From the NCBI GenBank assembly GCA_963666835.2, contig CAXXGO010000006.1, forward strand, positions 1,856,001 to 1,920,000: a stretch of 64,000 bases of DNA. Reading direction: 5' to 3'. Below are positions 1-11,165 of the stretch, piece by piece. The first letter of the stretch is position 1; the number at the start of each line of letters is the position of its first letter. Source of the DNA: Phycisphaerae bacterium (GTDB taxonomy: Bacteria > Planctomycetota > Phycisphaerae > UBA1845). The notes under the pieces were generated by a model. The model saw only the letters and a list, made by a program, of their open reading frames with translations, did not search any database and was not told the DNA's origin. A program made the translations under genes and the position numbers.

Positions 1-462
1 AGATTCGACGCCGCGCTGGATCGGTGGACCGAGAAGGTCAAGTCTGAGTGTCAGGGGATTAGCCCGACAATCCACGGAGCGGTTGGTGCCGGTGTTATTG
101 CCTTGGCAGTCGTGCTGATAGCTGTACCGGGTCCGATTACGGCTCTTACGCTCGTATCTGCAAAAGGGGCGATTGGCGCGGGTCTGGCGCACCTGGCAGC
201 TAGTACGGGAGCGGGGGCGGTACTGGGTCGGCATATCGGTCGCCTTAGCGCCGTCATTCAGGAGAAGCTGCTGGGCAGCGCGGAGTTCGAGGCTGTGCAG
301 GCCTCGGCCGCAGCCTTTCGTGGTCTGCTCGAAGACGCCGGCCGGGAGCTGGTGGCGGCTGCCGCTGACGAAGCGGCGGCATATGTCATGCCGTCCGGCG
401 ATCGACTAACGGCGGCTCTGGAGGTTCTGCGTAACGGGTCGGAGGATGAGGTCGATGACTGA
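1..462 (+). CDS. Partial (5'-truncated) membrane-associated protein, C-terminal part; possibly the first of a tandem GTPase pair
   Basis: Frame is open from base 1 (RFDAALDRWTEKVKSECQGISPTIHGAVGAGVIALAVVLIAVPGP...) to TGA at 460-462, has a hydrophobic segment, and its stop overlaps the start of the next gene. Confidence 0.7.
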   Translation, partial: RFDAALDRWTEKVKSECQGISPTIHGAVGAGVIALAVVLIAVPGPITALTLVSAKGAIGAGLAHLAASTGAGAVLGRHIGRLSAVIQEKLLGSAEFEAVQASAAAFRGLLEDAGRELVAAAADEAAAYVMPSGDRLTAALEVLRNGSEDEVDD

Positions 463-2335
463 ACGCACCGCATCTTCATCGTTGACTCACGAGATGCAGG
501 CCATCAACCGCGAGCTGGCTGACCTGGTCGGGGTCGAGCCGGTGGACCTTGCCCTTGGGTCGGAGGCTGCTCTGGTTGATGATCTCGTAATCTGCGGGAT
601 CCTCGGGGGGAAGGACGTAGGCAAGTCGACATTGATCAACGCTCTCGCCCGCGAACCGGTATCGGTCGACGCGCGCGAGGTGGGTCGTGGTACCGAGCGG
701 CCGATGGTGTTTGTACACGGGGACGTGCGGACGATTGTGGGTGATCGCCTCTCCGCACTCGGGCGACATGTTCCGTTTGATGTCGCGTTGCACCGGGCGG
801 ATCCGATCCGCAACGTTGTGTTGGTAGATCTTCCGGATTTCGACAGTGAGTTTCGCGAACACCTCCAGGTTGTGCGGGTTGTGGCTCCGCTGCTCGATCG
901 GGTGCTCTGGGTGCAGACTCCCCGTAAGATCGGTGACCGTGTACTGGCGGAGATGTTCCACGACGTAATCAAGGATGCCGGCAATGTTCTTTGCGTTCTC
1001 AACAAGGTGGACGAGCTGCTGGCCGACGGTGATCTGCCGCGGGAGACTGAAGGGCAGACCCTCGGCAGTGCGGACGCGGCGGATCTGTTCTGGCGGTGGC
1101 AGAGCGACTGGGTAGCCCGGGTAGTTGAGGGCATCGGTTTCCCGCGCGGTGACGAGCATCGCTTCTTAGTGGCCGCGGCATTCTCGGATTCCGCCGCGTT
1201 CACCGCCCACGTTGGGCGGCGCTGGGGTGATGCCGATTGGTCACGATACGAATCCGACCATGACATAGTGACGCGGATCGCCGGACGGGCCCTCGATGAC
1301 CTTGATCGATTGCGGGCGGCGGTACTGGGTCCGGTGTCTGCGGATCAGGCACGCTGCTTAAAAGAGGCGAATCGTCGGCGCGAGCGGCAAGCCAACACCG
1401 AGCGCATCCGGCGGCACTACGACGTTGACGGCAATGCCGAGCTTCTGTCTCTGGCGTGCGATGCCGCATATCATCAACAGGTTCTTGCGGAAACCGTCGG
1501 AGCGAATTTCGCCGCGGCCGTCGCAGCCCGCCTGGCCGGGTACGTGCGGCCCGATACGGCCTTGGCTGACGAGCTGCTCGAACACCGGTTAGACCGTTGG
1601 CCCTTGCTGCGCCTGGCTTACTGGCCCTTCGGCTGGTTGTCGCGTGCTCTTGGCCGTCGGTTTAGTGCCTCGCACACGGTGCTGCCGGAGAGCACCGAAG
1701 ACCCGTTCGAAGTTGAGGGTCGCAGTTTGCTCGATCGGGCGGAGTTGGTCCGAAGTCGAGTGCTGGCCGATCACGCGGTGGTTGCGTCGCGCCTCCGTAT
1801 TGACGCGGCGCTGCCGACCGCGGCCAAGCTCTCGAAGAATGCCTCCTCTGCCGCGGCGGGCCTTATCCCGCGGTTTGAGAGAGGTCTGCTGGAGGGCATT
1901 TACGGTCGCGATTGCCGGCCTGGGTTCATCGGCAAGGCCGCGCTGTGGTTCGTCCTGCTGTGGTTCCCTTTTCTGCAGCCCGTGCTGGAGGGGGCGTTGG
2001 CGATGTACGTCGAAAGCGGGGCGTGGCATTGGGCACACGGGGCGTACCGCGTTGTCTCGGCGTTCAGTGCCGCTCATCTGCTGATGGGCTTCGCGGTGGT
2101 GGCGGCGGTGTACGTGGCGGTCCTTGCGGGAATGTACGCGCGCGGATTGCGCGCCGTGCGGTCTGCCCTAACGGGGCCCGGTGACGGAGCGCCGGGCACG
2201 CTTCTGGCTGACTCCGTTGACGAGGTTCTGGTTGTTGAAATCCTCGTTCCGTTGATCAGACCGTTCCAGGATAGTCTAGATCGTCTGTCAGCCCTTCAGG
2301 ACAGACTTGATCGCCAGAGTTCAGATCCAGCTTGA
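455..2335 (+). CDS. P-loop GTPase (Era/YeeP/dynamin-like) with C-terminal transmembrane helices
   Basis: G1 GGKDVGKST, G2 GT, G3-like DLPD, G4 NKVD; helical middle region; two hydrophobic segments near the C-terminus; ATG at 455 (alternative 446). Confidence 0.85.
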   Translation: MTERTASSSLTHEMQAINRELADLVGVEPVDLALGSEAALVDDLVICGILGGKDVGKSTLINALAREPVSVDAREVGRGTERPMVFVHGDVRTIVGDRLSALGRHVPFDVALHRADPIRNVVLVDLPDFDSEFREHLQVVRVVAPLLDRVLWVQTPRKIGDRVLAEMFHDVIKDAGNVLCVLNKVDELLADGDLPRETEGQTLGSADAADLFWRWQSDWVARVVEGIGFPRGDEHRFLVAAAFSDSAAFTAHVGRRWGDADWSRYESDHDIVTRIAGRALDDLDRLRAAVLGPVSADQARCLKEANRRRERQANTERIRRHYDVDGNAELLSLACDAAYHQQVLAETVGANFAAAVAARLAGYVRPDTALADELLEHRLDRWPLLRLAYWPFGWLSRALGRRFSASHTVLPESTEDPFEVEGRSLLDRAELVRSRVLADHAVVASRLRIDAALPTAAKLSKNASSAAAGLIPRFERGLLEGIYGRDCRPGFIGKAALWFVLLWFPFLQPVLEGALAMYVESGAWHWAHGAYRVVSAFSAAHLLMGFAVVAAVYVAVLAGMYARGLRAVRSALTGPGDGAPGTLLADSVDEVLVVEILVPLIRPFQDSLDRLSALQDRLDRQSSDPA

Positions 2336-2402
2336 TGAACCTGCGGTGAGGGGACGCCGGTGCCGTTGCAGCTCACGGGCCGGTCTCGTAAACTCACTCC
2401 CC

Positions 2403-3914
2403 ATGGAAACGACAGCAAGAACGACAATCGACCGGCTCGGGGAGCATGTGGGGAAGGTCGTCACCCTCAGCGGTTGGGTCTATAAGACGCGAGCCAGCGG
2501 GAAGATCGCCTTCATTATCGTCCGAGACGGCACCGGTTTGTGCCAGTGTGTTTTGGAGAAGAACGAGCAGACCGCGTCGTTCTTTGACGAGGGCCGCAGG
2601 CTTCCGCAGGAGTCATCCCTGCACATAACGGGCACTATCTCGGCCGAGGAGCGGGCGGTCGGGGGGCACGAATTGAGGGTCACGGGTCTGCAGGTAGTGG
2701 ACCCGGCCGGGGATTATCCGATTACGCCTAAGCCGCACGGGGTCGAGTTTCTCATGGGGCATCGGCACCTGTGGTTTCGATCCCAAAGACAGTGGAACAT
2801 CCTGCGCATCCGCGCGACGATCGTCGATCAGATCCGCCGGTTCTACAACGACAACGGCTTTGTCTTGATCGACACGCCGATCTTCGCTCCGGCCGCGGGA
2901 GAGGGCGCTCAGACTTTGTTCAAGGTCGACTATTTCGGCGACCCGGTCTATCTGGCCCAAACTGGGCAGCTCTACGTCGAAGCGGCTTGCATGGCCCACG
3001 GCAAGGTTTACTGCTTTGGGCCCACTTTTCGGGCGGAGCGGAGCAAGACCCGCCGGCATTTGACCGAGTTCTGGATGGTCGAGCCGGAAATCGCCTACGC
3101 CAGTCTTGATGACGTGATCGGGGTGGCTGAGGATTTCGTGTTTTCGATCGTTCGGCGGGTGCTCGCCGACCACCGCGACGCTCTTATCGAGTTGGGGCGC
3201 GATGTTGACGAGTTGGAGGCGGTCCAGAAGCCCTTCCATCGGGTTACCTATACCGAGGCGGTGGATCTGTTGCGCGGTCCTAAGGCCAAGGAGCTTCTCG
3301 AACGGGACTTGGCGGAGAAAACCGCTCGGGTGGCCGAGTTGGACGGGAAGATCGATGAACTGGAGGCGGTGGCCAAGGGCGGCGGCAAGCAGTGGCAGAA
3401 GGACAAGGCGGCGGCCGAGGTTATCGAAACCCGCGAGCAACGGGCCGAGTGCCAGGAGCAGATTCGTAACATTCCGCACCACCTGGAGCTGGCCGCGAGT
3501 TTCGAATGGGGCAGCGACCTGGGTGGATCGGACGAGACGATTATCTCGCGCTTGCATGATCGACCGGTGTTCGTCACCCACTACCCCAAGGATGTCAAAG
3601 CGTTCTACATGCGCGAGGATCGTAACGATCCCCGGGTGTTTGAGTGTTTCGATCTGCTGGCTCCGCAAGGTTTCGGTGAGATCATCGGCGGGTCGGCGCG
3701 CGAAGAGGACTACGATCGGCTGCTGGCCCGGATCAAGCACGAGAACCTCCCGCAAGCGGACTACGAGTGGTATCTTGACTTGCGGCGCTACGGCAGCGTT
3801 CCGCACGGCGGCTTCGGTTTGGGGGTCGAGCGGACCGTGGCGTGGGTGTGCAATCTGAAGCACATTCGAGAGACCATTCCCTTCCCACGCATGATGGGGA
3901 AGTTCTACCCGTAG
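2403..3914 (+). CDS. asnS: Asparagine--tRNA ligase
   Basis: OB-fold N-terminus (GWV..R..GKIAFIIVRDGTG), YLAQTGQLY, GPTFRAERSKTRRHLTEFWMVEPE, GEIIGGSARE, HGGFGLGVER, IRETIPFPR. Confidence 0.93.
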   Translation: METTARTTIDRLGEHVGKVVTLSGWVYKTRASGKIAFIIVRDGTGLCQCVLEKNEQTASFFDEGRRLPQESSLHITGTISAEERAVGGHELRVTGLQVVDPAGDYPITPKPHGVEFLMGHRHLWFRSQRQWNILRIRATIVDQIRRFYNDNGFVLIDTPIFAPAAGEGAQTLFKVDYFGDPVYLAQTGQLYVEAACMAHGKVYCFGPTFRAERSKTRRHLTEFWMVEPEIAYASLDDVIGVAEDFVFSIVRRVLADHRDALIELGRDVDELEAVQKPFHRVTYTEAVDLLRGPKAKELLERDLAEKTARVAELDGKIDELEAVAKGGGKQWQKDKAAAEVIETREQRAECQEQIRNIPHHLELAASFEWGSDLGGSDETIISRLHDRPVFVTHYPKDVKAFYMREDRNDPRVFECFDLLAPQGFGEIIGGSAREEDYDRLLARIKHENLPQADYEWYLDLRRYGSVPHGGFGLGVERTVAWVCNLKHIRETIPFPRMMGKFYP

Positions 3915-4077
3915 GTCGCCATCCGGGGGGGGCGAGGATAACGGCGCCGCAATCGTCGCTGACATTGTCGGGCGCCGTCTGATTCGGCGGGTTGAACCGG
4001 TAATATATCAATGGTTCGGGGGCGGCGTTTGCTGACGCCACCCCCGGTTTCTCACTCAGATATCGCAATCGAGACTA

Positions 4078-7000
4078 CTACGGGCAGGGGGACTCGCATT
4101 GTACGCCCCAGTAGTCCTGACCTTGGAAGGACAGGACCGCCCATTGGATATCAGTCATGTTGATGACCCCGTCGAGCGTACACCCGGCTTGATCCGTAGC
4201 TTCCATAGTGGCGTGACTGGTATCGCCCTGGAAAGCCAGGGTGAGGATCTGGATGTCGGCGATGTTGACGATCAGATTGTGATCGATGTCGGCCCACAGC
4301 CAGGTAGTCACGGAACGCGCCGGTGACAGGATCGGTGCACCGGGCGCACCGTAATCACCTTGCACGCTGTACCGGGTACCGGGACCGATCTCGGCGCCAC
4401 TAACCAGGATGGTATTCCATCCGGCGGGACCGTCCGGCATGAGGAACACCGGAGAATCGTCCAGCGTGCCATCCTCTTGCACGTACTGCGACAGGCACGC
4501 CACGGCGGGATCCCTTGAATCTCCGGTCACCAGCAGGGCGACGGGATCCGGACCGACCTGAGGTTGGACGCTCAAGTACCGCGCCCCATGGACGTTTACG
4601 GTCAGAGTGGCGCACGGGGGGAAGCTCGGCGGATCGCCGGATGTCCACCGGTTCTTAAGTTCACCCCAATCCTTGCAGTCCACGTCGCTATCGCCATCGA
4701 AGTTGACGCACCGGCATCCCTCCCCGACTCCGCCGCCGGGTCCGGAGAAGCAACTCCAGAGCACGGCGAGATCGTCCTCATCGGTGTCGCCGTCCGCGTC
4801 ACAGTCGCCCAGCGCAACACATTCGCCGGCTTCCGACAGATCACTCTCCATGAAGTCCGCGGATAACCCATCGCCGGTTGAAATGCCGACGATGCCGTCC
4901 TCGGCGGCAATCGCCAGACGGGTAAGCTGAATGAGCCCGTCAAAGAACATCTCGATCTGGAACGTGTTCTGGTTACTGGTGTTGTACTCGGGGACGTTTT
5001 GCCAGGTGACCACGACGCGATCGGCGAGCTGTTGCCATCGCACTGACCCTCCCTCTCCGGGGTCCAGATCGTCGAACAGGCCGGCGATTCGGGGTTTGCT
5101 GAAGTGGTTGGTTAGCGATTCGAGGTGCTCGTCGTCGCCGCTGCCGAAGGTAACGTATCCGTTAGTGCCGACGTAGAATGTGTCGTAGTCCGTACCGTAG
5201 AATGGCAGCGTTACGCCTCCGGTCAGGGCAATTGTGCTATAGTTGTCGTCGTCGTTGCTGGAATCCCAGGTCACGGTCGTTCCGCCCGAAGGATCAGTCG
5301 GCAGTGAGGTGACGTCGGTCTCGATACAGGACTGATAATGATCGAACGACCCGTTGGGCGCGAAGCTGAGGGTCACGTACTCGATGTCATTATCACTGTC
5401 GAATTCCTCGGTGAAGAAGTCGGGGATGTCCGGTGTTGTGAAGTTGTAACAAGCACCGCCATTGTCGTCGGATGCGCTGTTGCCCGCCACATCGACCACA
5501 TCGATAGAGAAGAAGTACGTCCGGTTGTCCTCCAGCCCCGTGAGCAGATACTCGTGGTAGGACTTGTGACCATAACCAACCTTCGTTTCGGTCAGCGCGG
5601 AACAAGTTGTGCCATAATGCAGGGTGGACGAGGTGTCCTCGTTTGTTTGGAACGTGACCTTGGCACTGCGCGGCTCAAGATCCGTTGTCTGTACGAAGTA
5701 GACGTTCGGAGGGTCGCAATCCACCACGCCGGTCGCTTCGTTGACCACATCGAAGTTGCCGAAGCCATCGTCAGCGTCGACGTAAGTAACCGTGATGGTG
5801 TCGCCGTTGGTGATCTGCAGAGTACCGACCGCATCGGTCTCGCTCATCACAATACTGCCGCGAAACGCCGCAGTCTCCGCGGAGGTCTCGGTCAAGGTGA
5901 CCACCTCGCCGGCCGGCTCGGTTTCCGAGACGATAGTCACTTCGATGGTCTCGATTACACCGTTGTCGGTGTTCAGATCGCAGTCCACCACCTGGATGTC
6001 GGCTACGCTCTCGCACGCGTACTTCTTGCTGTCCATCGAAACCACGCCTACCGTCGAGCAATTCACCAGCATGGGGGAAGCGGCCACCGAGAATACTTGT
6101 GGTCCCTCGGGTACGTTGAAGCCGTGAACTTCGACTTGCCAGGCACCGGTCTGCGGCGCCTCGACGAACACTTGCTCGATATTATTCACGTGGTCGGCCG
6201 CCGTACGCACCGCGGCGTTACTGGGGTTGGCCGGATCGAGCGTCCATGGATAGTGCCGCCCGCCGGACGGGTCGAATACCACCAAGTCCAGGTCGTTGAC
6301 CAGAGCCGGGTTGACGTTTGCCGTGCCCGGGTAGTCATCCCAGGCCAACGTGATCTTCAGTTGCTCGCCCGCCGTGACTACGACCAGCATCGAATACACT
6401 TCGCCCTGGCTGATCTCGTCCTCAAGGAAGTTGCCGGTACGCATGAAGTCTACCGCGGCCTTGGCTCGTACCGATCCGTAACCGGCGCGATAGTCGGGCC
6501 CTACCGTATCGAGATCCTCGCAAGTGTGGGTCAACAACGCCTTGAGCGTGGACCCGCGGAAGTCCGGCTCGCCAGGGAACTGGGTTCGGAAGTCCTGTAG
6601 CAGTAAAGCGCTGATACCGGCCACGGTCGGGGCGGCCATGGACGTTCCGGATTTGCCGGTGTAGGCCGTATCGCTCGAACTCGAACAGGAGGTCACGTCG
6701 TAGTCACCGTCACTCTGGCTACCGGGGCCGGCCAGGTCCGGCTTGATCCGCCCGTCATCAGTCGGACCCCAGCTTGTGAAATCGGTCTGGGAGTCGTCGT
6801 TGGAGTTAAGGGCCCCGACGGTAATGTGGTTCTTGGCACACGCGGGGGGGGGCGGTCGAATGGTAGCCGTTATCATGCTCCCCGGGGCAACCGGTGCAGC
6901 TTCGCTCGTTGCCGTTGGCCCAGACTATTCGGAACGGATCACCCAGGCTCCCGCCGACGATGGCGTCGATAAGAGCCGCGGTTACGCCGTAGTCTCCGGT

Positions 7001-8098
7001 GATCGAACAGGGGAAGCCGTTCCAGCAGGTGTTCGTGCCGATCGAGTTGTTGGATATGTCGGCCCCGTACGTGTTGATGGCTTCATCGTAGTCATCTTCC
7101 ATGTCGCCGGGGTTACTGTAGAGGAATATGCCCGATCCGTCATAGTCGAAACCGTAGGATTCGATCGTCACGCCCGGGGCCATTCCCCGGTATTGGCCGG
7201 AGCTGGCCGCCCCGCTGCCGCCTACGGTGCAGGCTACGTGAGTTGAATGGTCGCTCGTTCCGGACGAGTCGCGGACGGTCAAGCGACCACCGAAGTCAAC
7301 GTGGGTTTGCCGGGCGTCACCGCCGTCGTAGACCAGCACCGTAACGCCGGATCCGTCCAGTCCGTACGGCGGCTCGTTGACAATGTCGACTCCGGTCCGG
7401 TCCCGGTTGCTGTCGTTGACCTCGCTCATTCGTGGCAGGGCCGGCTCGATCCACATCACGCCGTCTTCGTCGGCCAGGGTCGGGATTTTCTCCAGCGGGA
7501 GCTCGATGACCAGTCCGTTGATACTCTCTAAGTGCGAGCGGATCACCGCTCCGTGCTTAACGGCCAAGCCGGCTCCGCGGGAGGCGAGAGGGACGTCGCG
7601 ATGAAAGAGAACATACGTGCCGACGATTGTCGGCTCGTCCTTGCCTTCGGGCTCGGCGGCGGAAACCACGGCCCAGGTCGGTACCTCTCGGTCGGCCAGG
7701 ATCGGGTGCAATTTCCACGTTTGCTCGATCGTCCGGGCGTCGACCAGAGACTCTGCCCGTGCGAGGACTGCGGAATCTACGCCATCTGAGCCGACGGCAG
7801 CGAAGTAGGCGTTATTACCCAGGTAATCGAGCAAGCGTACGCCGGCATCCGCCAGCTCCACCCGCAGCGCGTCGTCAACCGGGGCACTGAACTGGACAAC
7901 CACGTGGTTGCCCTCCGCGCCCGACGTTTTCCGGCTGAGGACGTCGGCGATCTCCGCCGAGGTTCTGGTTGGCGCCTCCATTGCTCCGGTCCGCCAGTCG
8001 ATACGATTGGCCGCCTGAGCGACACTGCCGATCACCAACGTGACCGTCATTGCCAAGGCACAAGTAATCTGCAGGTGAGTAGTACGATTCTTTAGCAT
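4078..8098 (-). pseudogene. Secreted S8 (subtilisin-like) peptidase with P-domain/FN3-like/nidogen-like and dockerin-like modules, split by a +1 frameshift in a G9 tract (may be intact in vivo)
   Basis: N-terminal ORF has a signal peptide, catalytic D (VLVYDGG), H (DHSTHVACT) and oxyanion N (WANGNE). C-terminal ORF has AKNHITVGA, IKPDLAGPG, SGTSMAAP and GDCDADGD dockerin-like motifs. Removing one C from the 9-C run at 6844-6852 restores HSTAPPACAKN. Confidence 0.88.
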
Positions 8099-8505
8099 GA
8101 CAAACCTTCCCGAAAAACCAAGGCATGACCAGAGGTTTGGACTGTTTCGCAAGAGCCACGTTTGACTCTGCCGCCGGAGGAGTGCCACGAGGTCAGGCAC
8201 TGCGCCGGATCCCGTGATCCCAGCTATGGCCCGCAAGCTACACAACTGCCGAAACCGTGCGGTTCTGCTTGCGCGGTCCACGGTACGGCTGCGGCTTGCC
8301 TTCCAGCTCCCTCCTCCCACTGATCCTCCACAAGGAACCCACTTACCTTAAGTTTACCGGGCGACGTGGTCGTTTACAACGAAGAAACCACTGGACACTC
8401 GGCAGCGGCGCTGTAAGTTCTTAGTGAGCGGCCCGGCTCCACTCGACGATGCCCGGGAATAATACGCCCCCGGCCGTTTGTCTTTTTTTGTAAGGCGATT
8501 CAATA

Positions 8506-8886
8506 ATGGGGAAGATTAGGGCAGGTTCCGCCCGTGGGCCTCGGAAACGCCGGTCTCCTGCGCGGTCGCATGGGACCGATAGTACGCGTTTACTCCGCGG
8601 ATCGGCTGGCGCGGGTCACTGGGGACGGGTTGGTGCTCTCGCGATGGCGTTTGGCCTGGTGGTTATGGGTCTTTTAGTTTCCGGCTGTCGCACGGCGAGA
8701 CCTGCGACATCCACGTCCCCCAGCGTAGCCAACGGGGCATCACCCGCCGACGGCGCGCTTGCCAACGAAGCTGCGAGCATGGCGGTCCACGACCAGAAAC
8801 GGGCCGGCGACGCCTATCTCCGGGAAACTCCCGAGCCATCGGTGCGGCCGGAAGACCGGCCGATTCGTCCGGTTCGTCGACCCTGA
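8506..8886 (+). CDS. Small putative lipoprotein
   Basis: Hydrophobic stretch ending LLVSG-C, then a low-complexity tail; start uncertain. Confidence 0.5.
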   Translation: MGKIRAGSARGPRKRRSPARSHGTDSTRLLRGSAGAGHWGRVGALAMAFGLVVMGLLVSGCRTARPATSTSPSVANGASPADGALANEAASMAVHDQKRAGDAYLRETPEPSVRPEDRPIRPVRRP

Positions 8887-8985
8887 GGGTCGATTGTCGG
8901 GTGGGGGGATAGCAGAAGCGCCCGACCGGAGCCCCGGCGGCATGTCGATTAGTGATGCTCCGCTGTGCGTGGGGGGCGATCCCAT

Positions 8986-10890
8986 CTAAATTCGGCGAGT
9001 TCTTCGCCGCAGAAGCCCAAGCCCGAGCCCGATGGCCAGGAGCGTCACCATCCCGATACCTCCGCAACCGATCTGTTCGATGAACCGCGTAAGGGCTTCC
9101 ACCTCGATGATGCCATCGAGCTTGGGATCCGAGGCTTCTACGTCTTCGATGATGGTGATACGATCATCAAAGGGCCGGGCGGTTGTATCGCTGGAACTCA
9201 CCGTTGCCTCAAGCGCCGTGTAACTGCCCCGCGAGCCCGAGCGAAGCCCCACGGCTGCAATCTGGGTTTCGGCCGTATTGCCGGTACTTGCCGGCTCGGT
9301 ATTGGCTGGAGCGGTTGAGGACAGGTTGGGTACGCCGACGAAGCCGTCTCCGTCGATGTCGAAACCCGGCATCCGCCAGGCATAGAGGATTGCCCAGATC
9401 CGCTTGTCCGGAATAAATTCCGTAGTACTCGGCGGTCGGAGCACGTCCTGCCAGCCCAGCCCAATACCGCGGCCGGCGTAGTGACGGTAATCGACACTGT
9501 TGAACCTGTTCTGGAGGTACTCCAGGGTTTGCTGAACGAACAGGTTCGTCTCTTCGTCGTTCGGGTCCAGGCGGAAGAACTGGCTCGGCGGCTGAGTGGC
9601 TTCATCGCTGGGGTCGATGATAATCGACCAGTTGCGTACGTCGGTGGTCCGCCACAGACCGTTACCGTCCCAATCGGCCCCGAGAAGGTCTTCGATTACG
9701 GATTCAGGGGCGACATCCTCACCGAGCAAGTCCGAGCGAAACAGGCGGAGCAAGTCGCTGACGTTCTCCGGGTTGTCGATGCCTTCATAGTCGAGGACTC
9801 CCGGTCCGTCACTGCTTACCAGGTCATTACCCATGTCCATGCCGTTGCCCAGGCCGTCCAGGTCGATGTCGGGGTTGTCCTCGGCTCCGAAACGGATGAT
9901 GAAATCGCTGGTATTGCCGAACGAGCGCGGGTTTATCAAAGGTTCGAGGTCTTCGCTGTCGGAGCTGCTATCTCCGTCGGTATCGGGATTCGTCGGATCG
10001 GTGAAGATGAAGCCGTCGAAATCGTGAAGCATCGTGAACTCGTTGGGAACGTAAGCTCCGTCATCTTCGCGGGTGTTATCTAGGGGGTACTCTCCGGGGC
10101 TGGGCAGTCCGTCGCTGTTCGTGTCCTGCCACTCATCCCGGTCCAAGAGGCCGTTGCCGTCCTCGTCGATAAACGCCAAACCGAAGACCTCTATGTAGTC
10201 GCTAAGCCCGTCGCCGTCGGAGTCCCACATGAATGCGTTGGTGGCGACCGCCCGGCGGGTGAAGATCGGAGTAGGCGGCGTGCCCGGGATGATTGCCGAC
10301 GGAGCCGGGAAGAACACGACCCGATCGTTCGTGTCGTCTTCGGCGATACCGCCCAGCTCCCAGTTGTCCGGCAGACCATCGCCATCGGTATCCGGCGAGT
10401 TGTCCGGCAACCCGTCCCCGTCGATGTCGAGCCGGCTCAGAATGCTGGCAACCGCCAGGTTGTCCGTGGAATTGTCTTGACTGTCCGCCAGCCGGTCGGC
10501 GGTGATCTCGACGAACACCTCCGCCGTTGCCACGGATTCCGAACCGTCGACCACGCCGACCTCGAATTCCGCGGTTCCCACCGCGTCGCTGGGCGCCGTG
10601 TAGCGGAAGGTAACTGACAAGTCTTCGGCACTAGACAAAATGACCGTTCGTTGTTCGAAGAAGCCGCCGGACACTCCGTTGATGTCGGTTATGGTGACGG
10701 TGTATGGCTCCACTCCGCCGCTTACTTCGACGGTGATGTCGATCGACTCGGCGACCGTGACGGCAAGGCCGTCCTCGCCACTCAATCGAACGGCCAGTTC
10801 GTCGTTTCCATTGGACTGGCTGTGGACGGCTGACTGAGTCAGCAATAACAACCCGATGGAAACGACCGCTATGGTGGTGCGAAGGCTCAT
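8986..10890 (-). CDS. Secreted acidic protein with DxDGDG(L)xD Ca-binding (thrombospondin type-3-like) repeats and a C-terminal membrane anchor/sorting signal
   Basis: GGAGG RBS, signal peptide, Ig-like N-domain, repeated DIDGDGLPD/DTDGDGLPD/DSDGDGLSD, C-terminus GCGG-hydrophobic-RRRTRR. Confidence 0.8.
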   Translation of the reverse strand: MSLRTTIAVVSIGLLLLTQSAVHSQSNGNDELAVRLSGEDGLAVTVAESIDITVEVSGGVEPYTVTITDINGVSGGFFEQRTVILSSAEDLSVTFRYTAPSDAVGTAEFEVGVVDGSESVATAEVFVEITADRLADSQDNSTDNLAVASILSRLDIDGDGLPDNSPDTDGDGLPDNWELGGIAEDDTNDRVVFFPAPSAIIPGTPPTPIFTRRAVATNAFMWDSDGDGLSDYIEVFGLAFIDEDGNGLLDRDEWQDTNSDGLPSPGEYPLDNTREDDGAYVPNEFTMLHDFDGFIFTDPTNPDTDGDSSSDSEDLEPLINPRSFGNTSDFIIRFGAEDNPDIDLDGLGNGMDMGNDLVSSDGPGVLDYEGIDNPENVSDLLRLFRSDLLGEDVAPESVIEDLLGADWDGNGLWRTTDVRNWSIIIDPSDEATQPPSQFFRLDPNDEETNLFVQQTLEYLQNRFNSVDYRHYAGRGIGLGWQDVLRPPSTTEFIPDKRIWAILYAWRMPGFDIDGDGFVGVPNLSSTAPANTEPASTGNTAETQIAAVGLRSGSRGSYTALEATVSSSDTTARPFDDRITIIEDVEASDPKLDGIIEVEALTRFIEQIGCGGIGMVTLLAIGLGLGLLRRRTRRI

Positions 10891-11165
10891 TGATAGGTTT
10901 CCTCCCGCGTTAGCAAGCCCGATTTCTAAAGGACTCGACCGACCGGTCATTACAAGTGTAGTCGATAGGCGATCTTATAACGTCATTGCCGGGTATTAGT
11001 CAACCGCCGGGCGGTTGCCTCACCAGGTTTACGGGGCCGGGACTGGCTATGCCGGTGCGGTGGTCTATCAAACACCGGCGGCGGCAACCGCAGTTACCGC
11101 CGCCGGGCCAAGGAGCTTCGGGGGATTGTCGCTCCCATGTTCAAGCAATGTCCGCCCTCCGGCGG

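Noticed and set aside
2613..3965. 450-aa minus-strand ORF
   Set aside because: Antisense shadow of asnS
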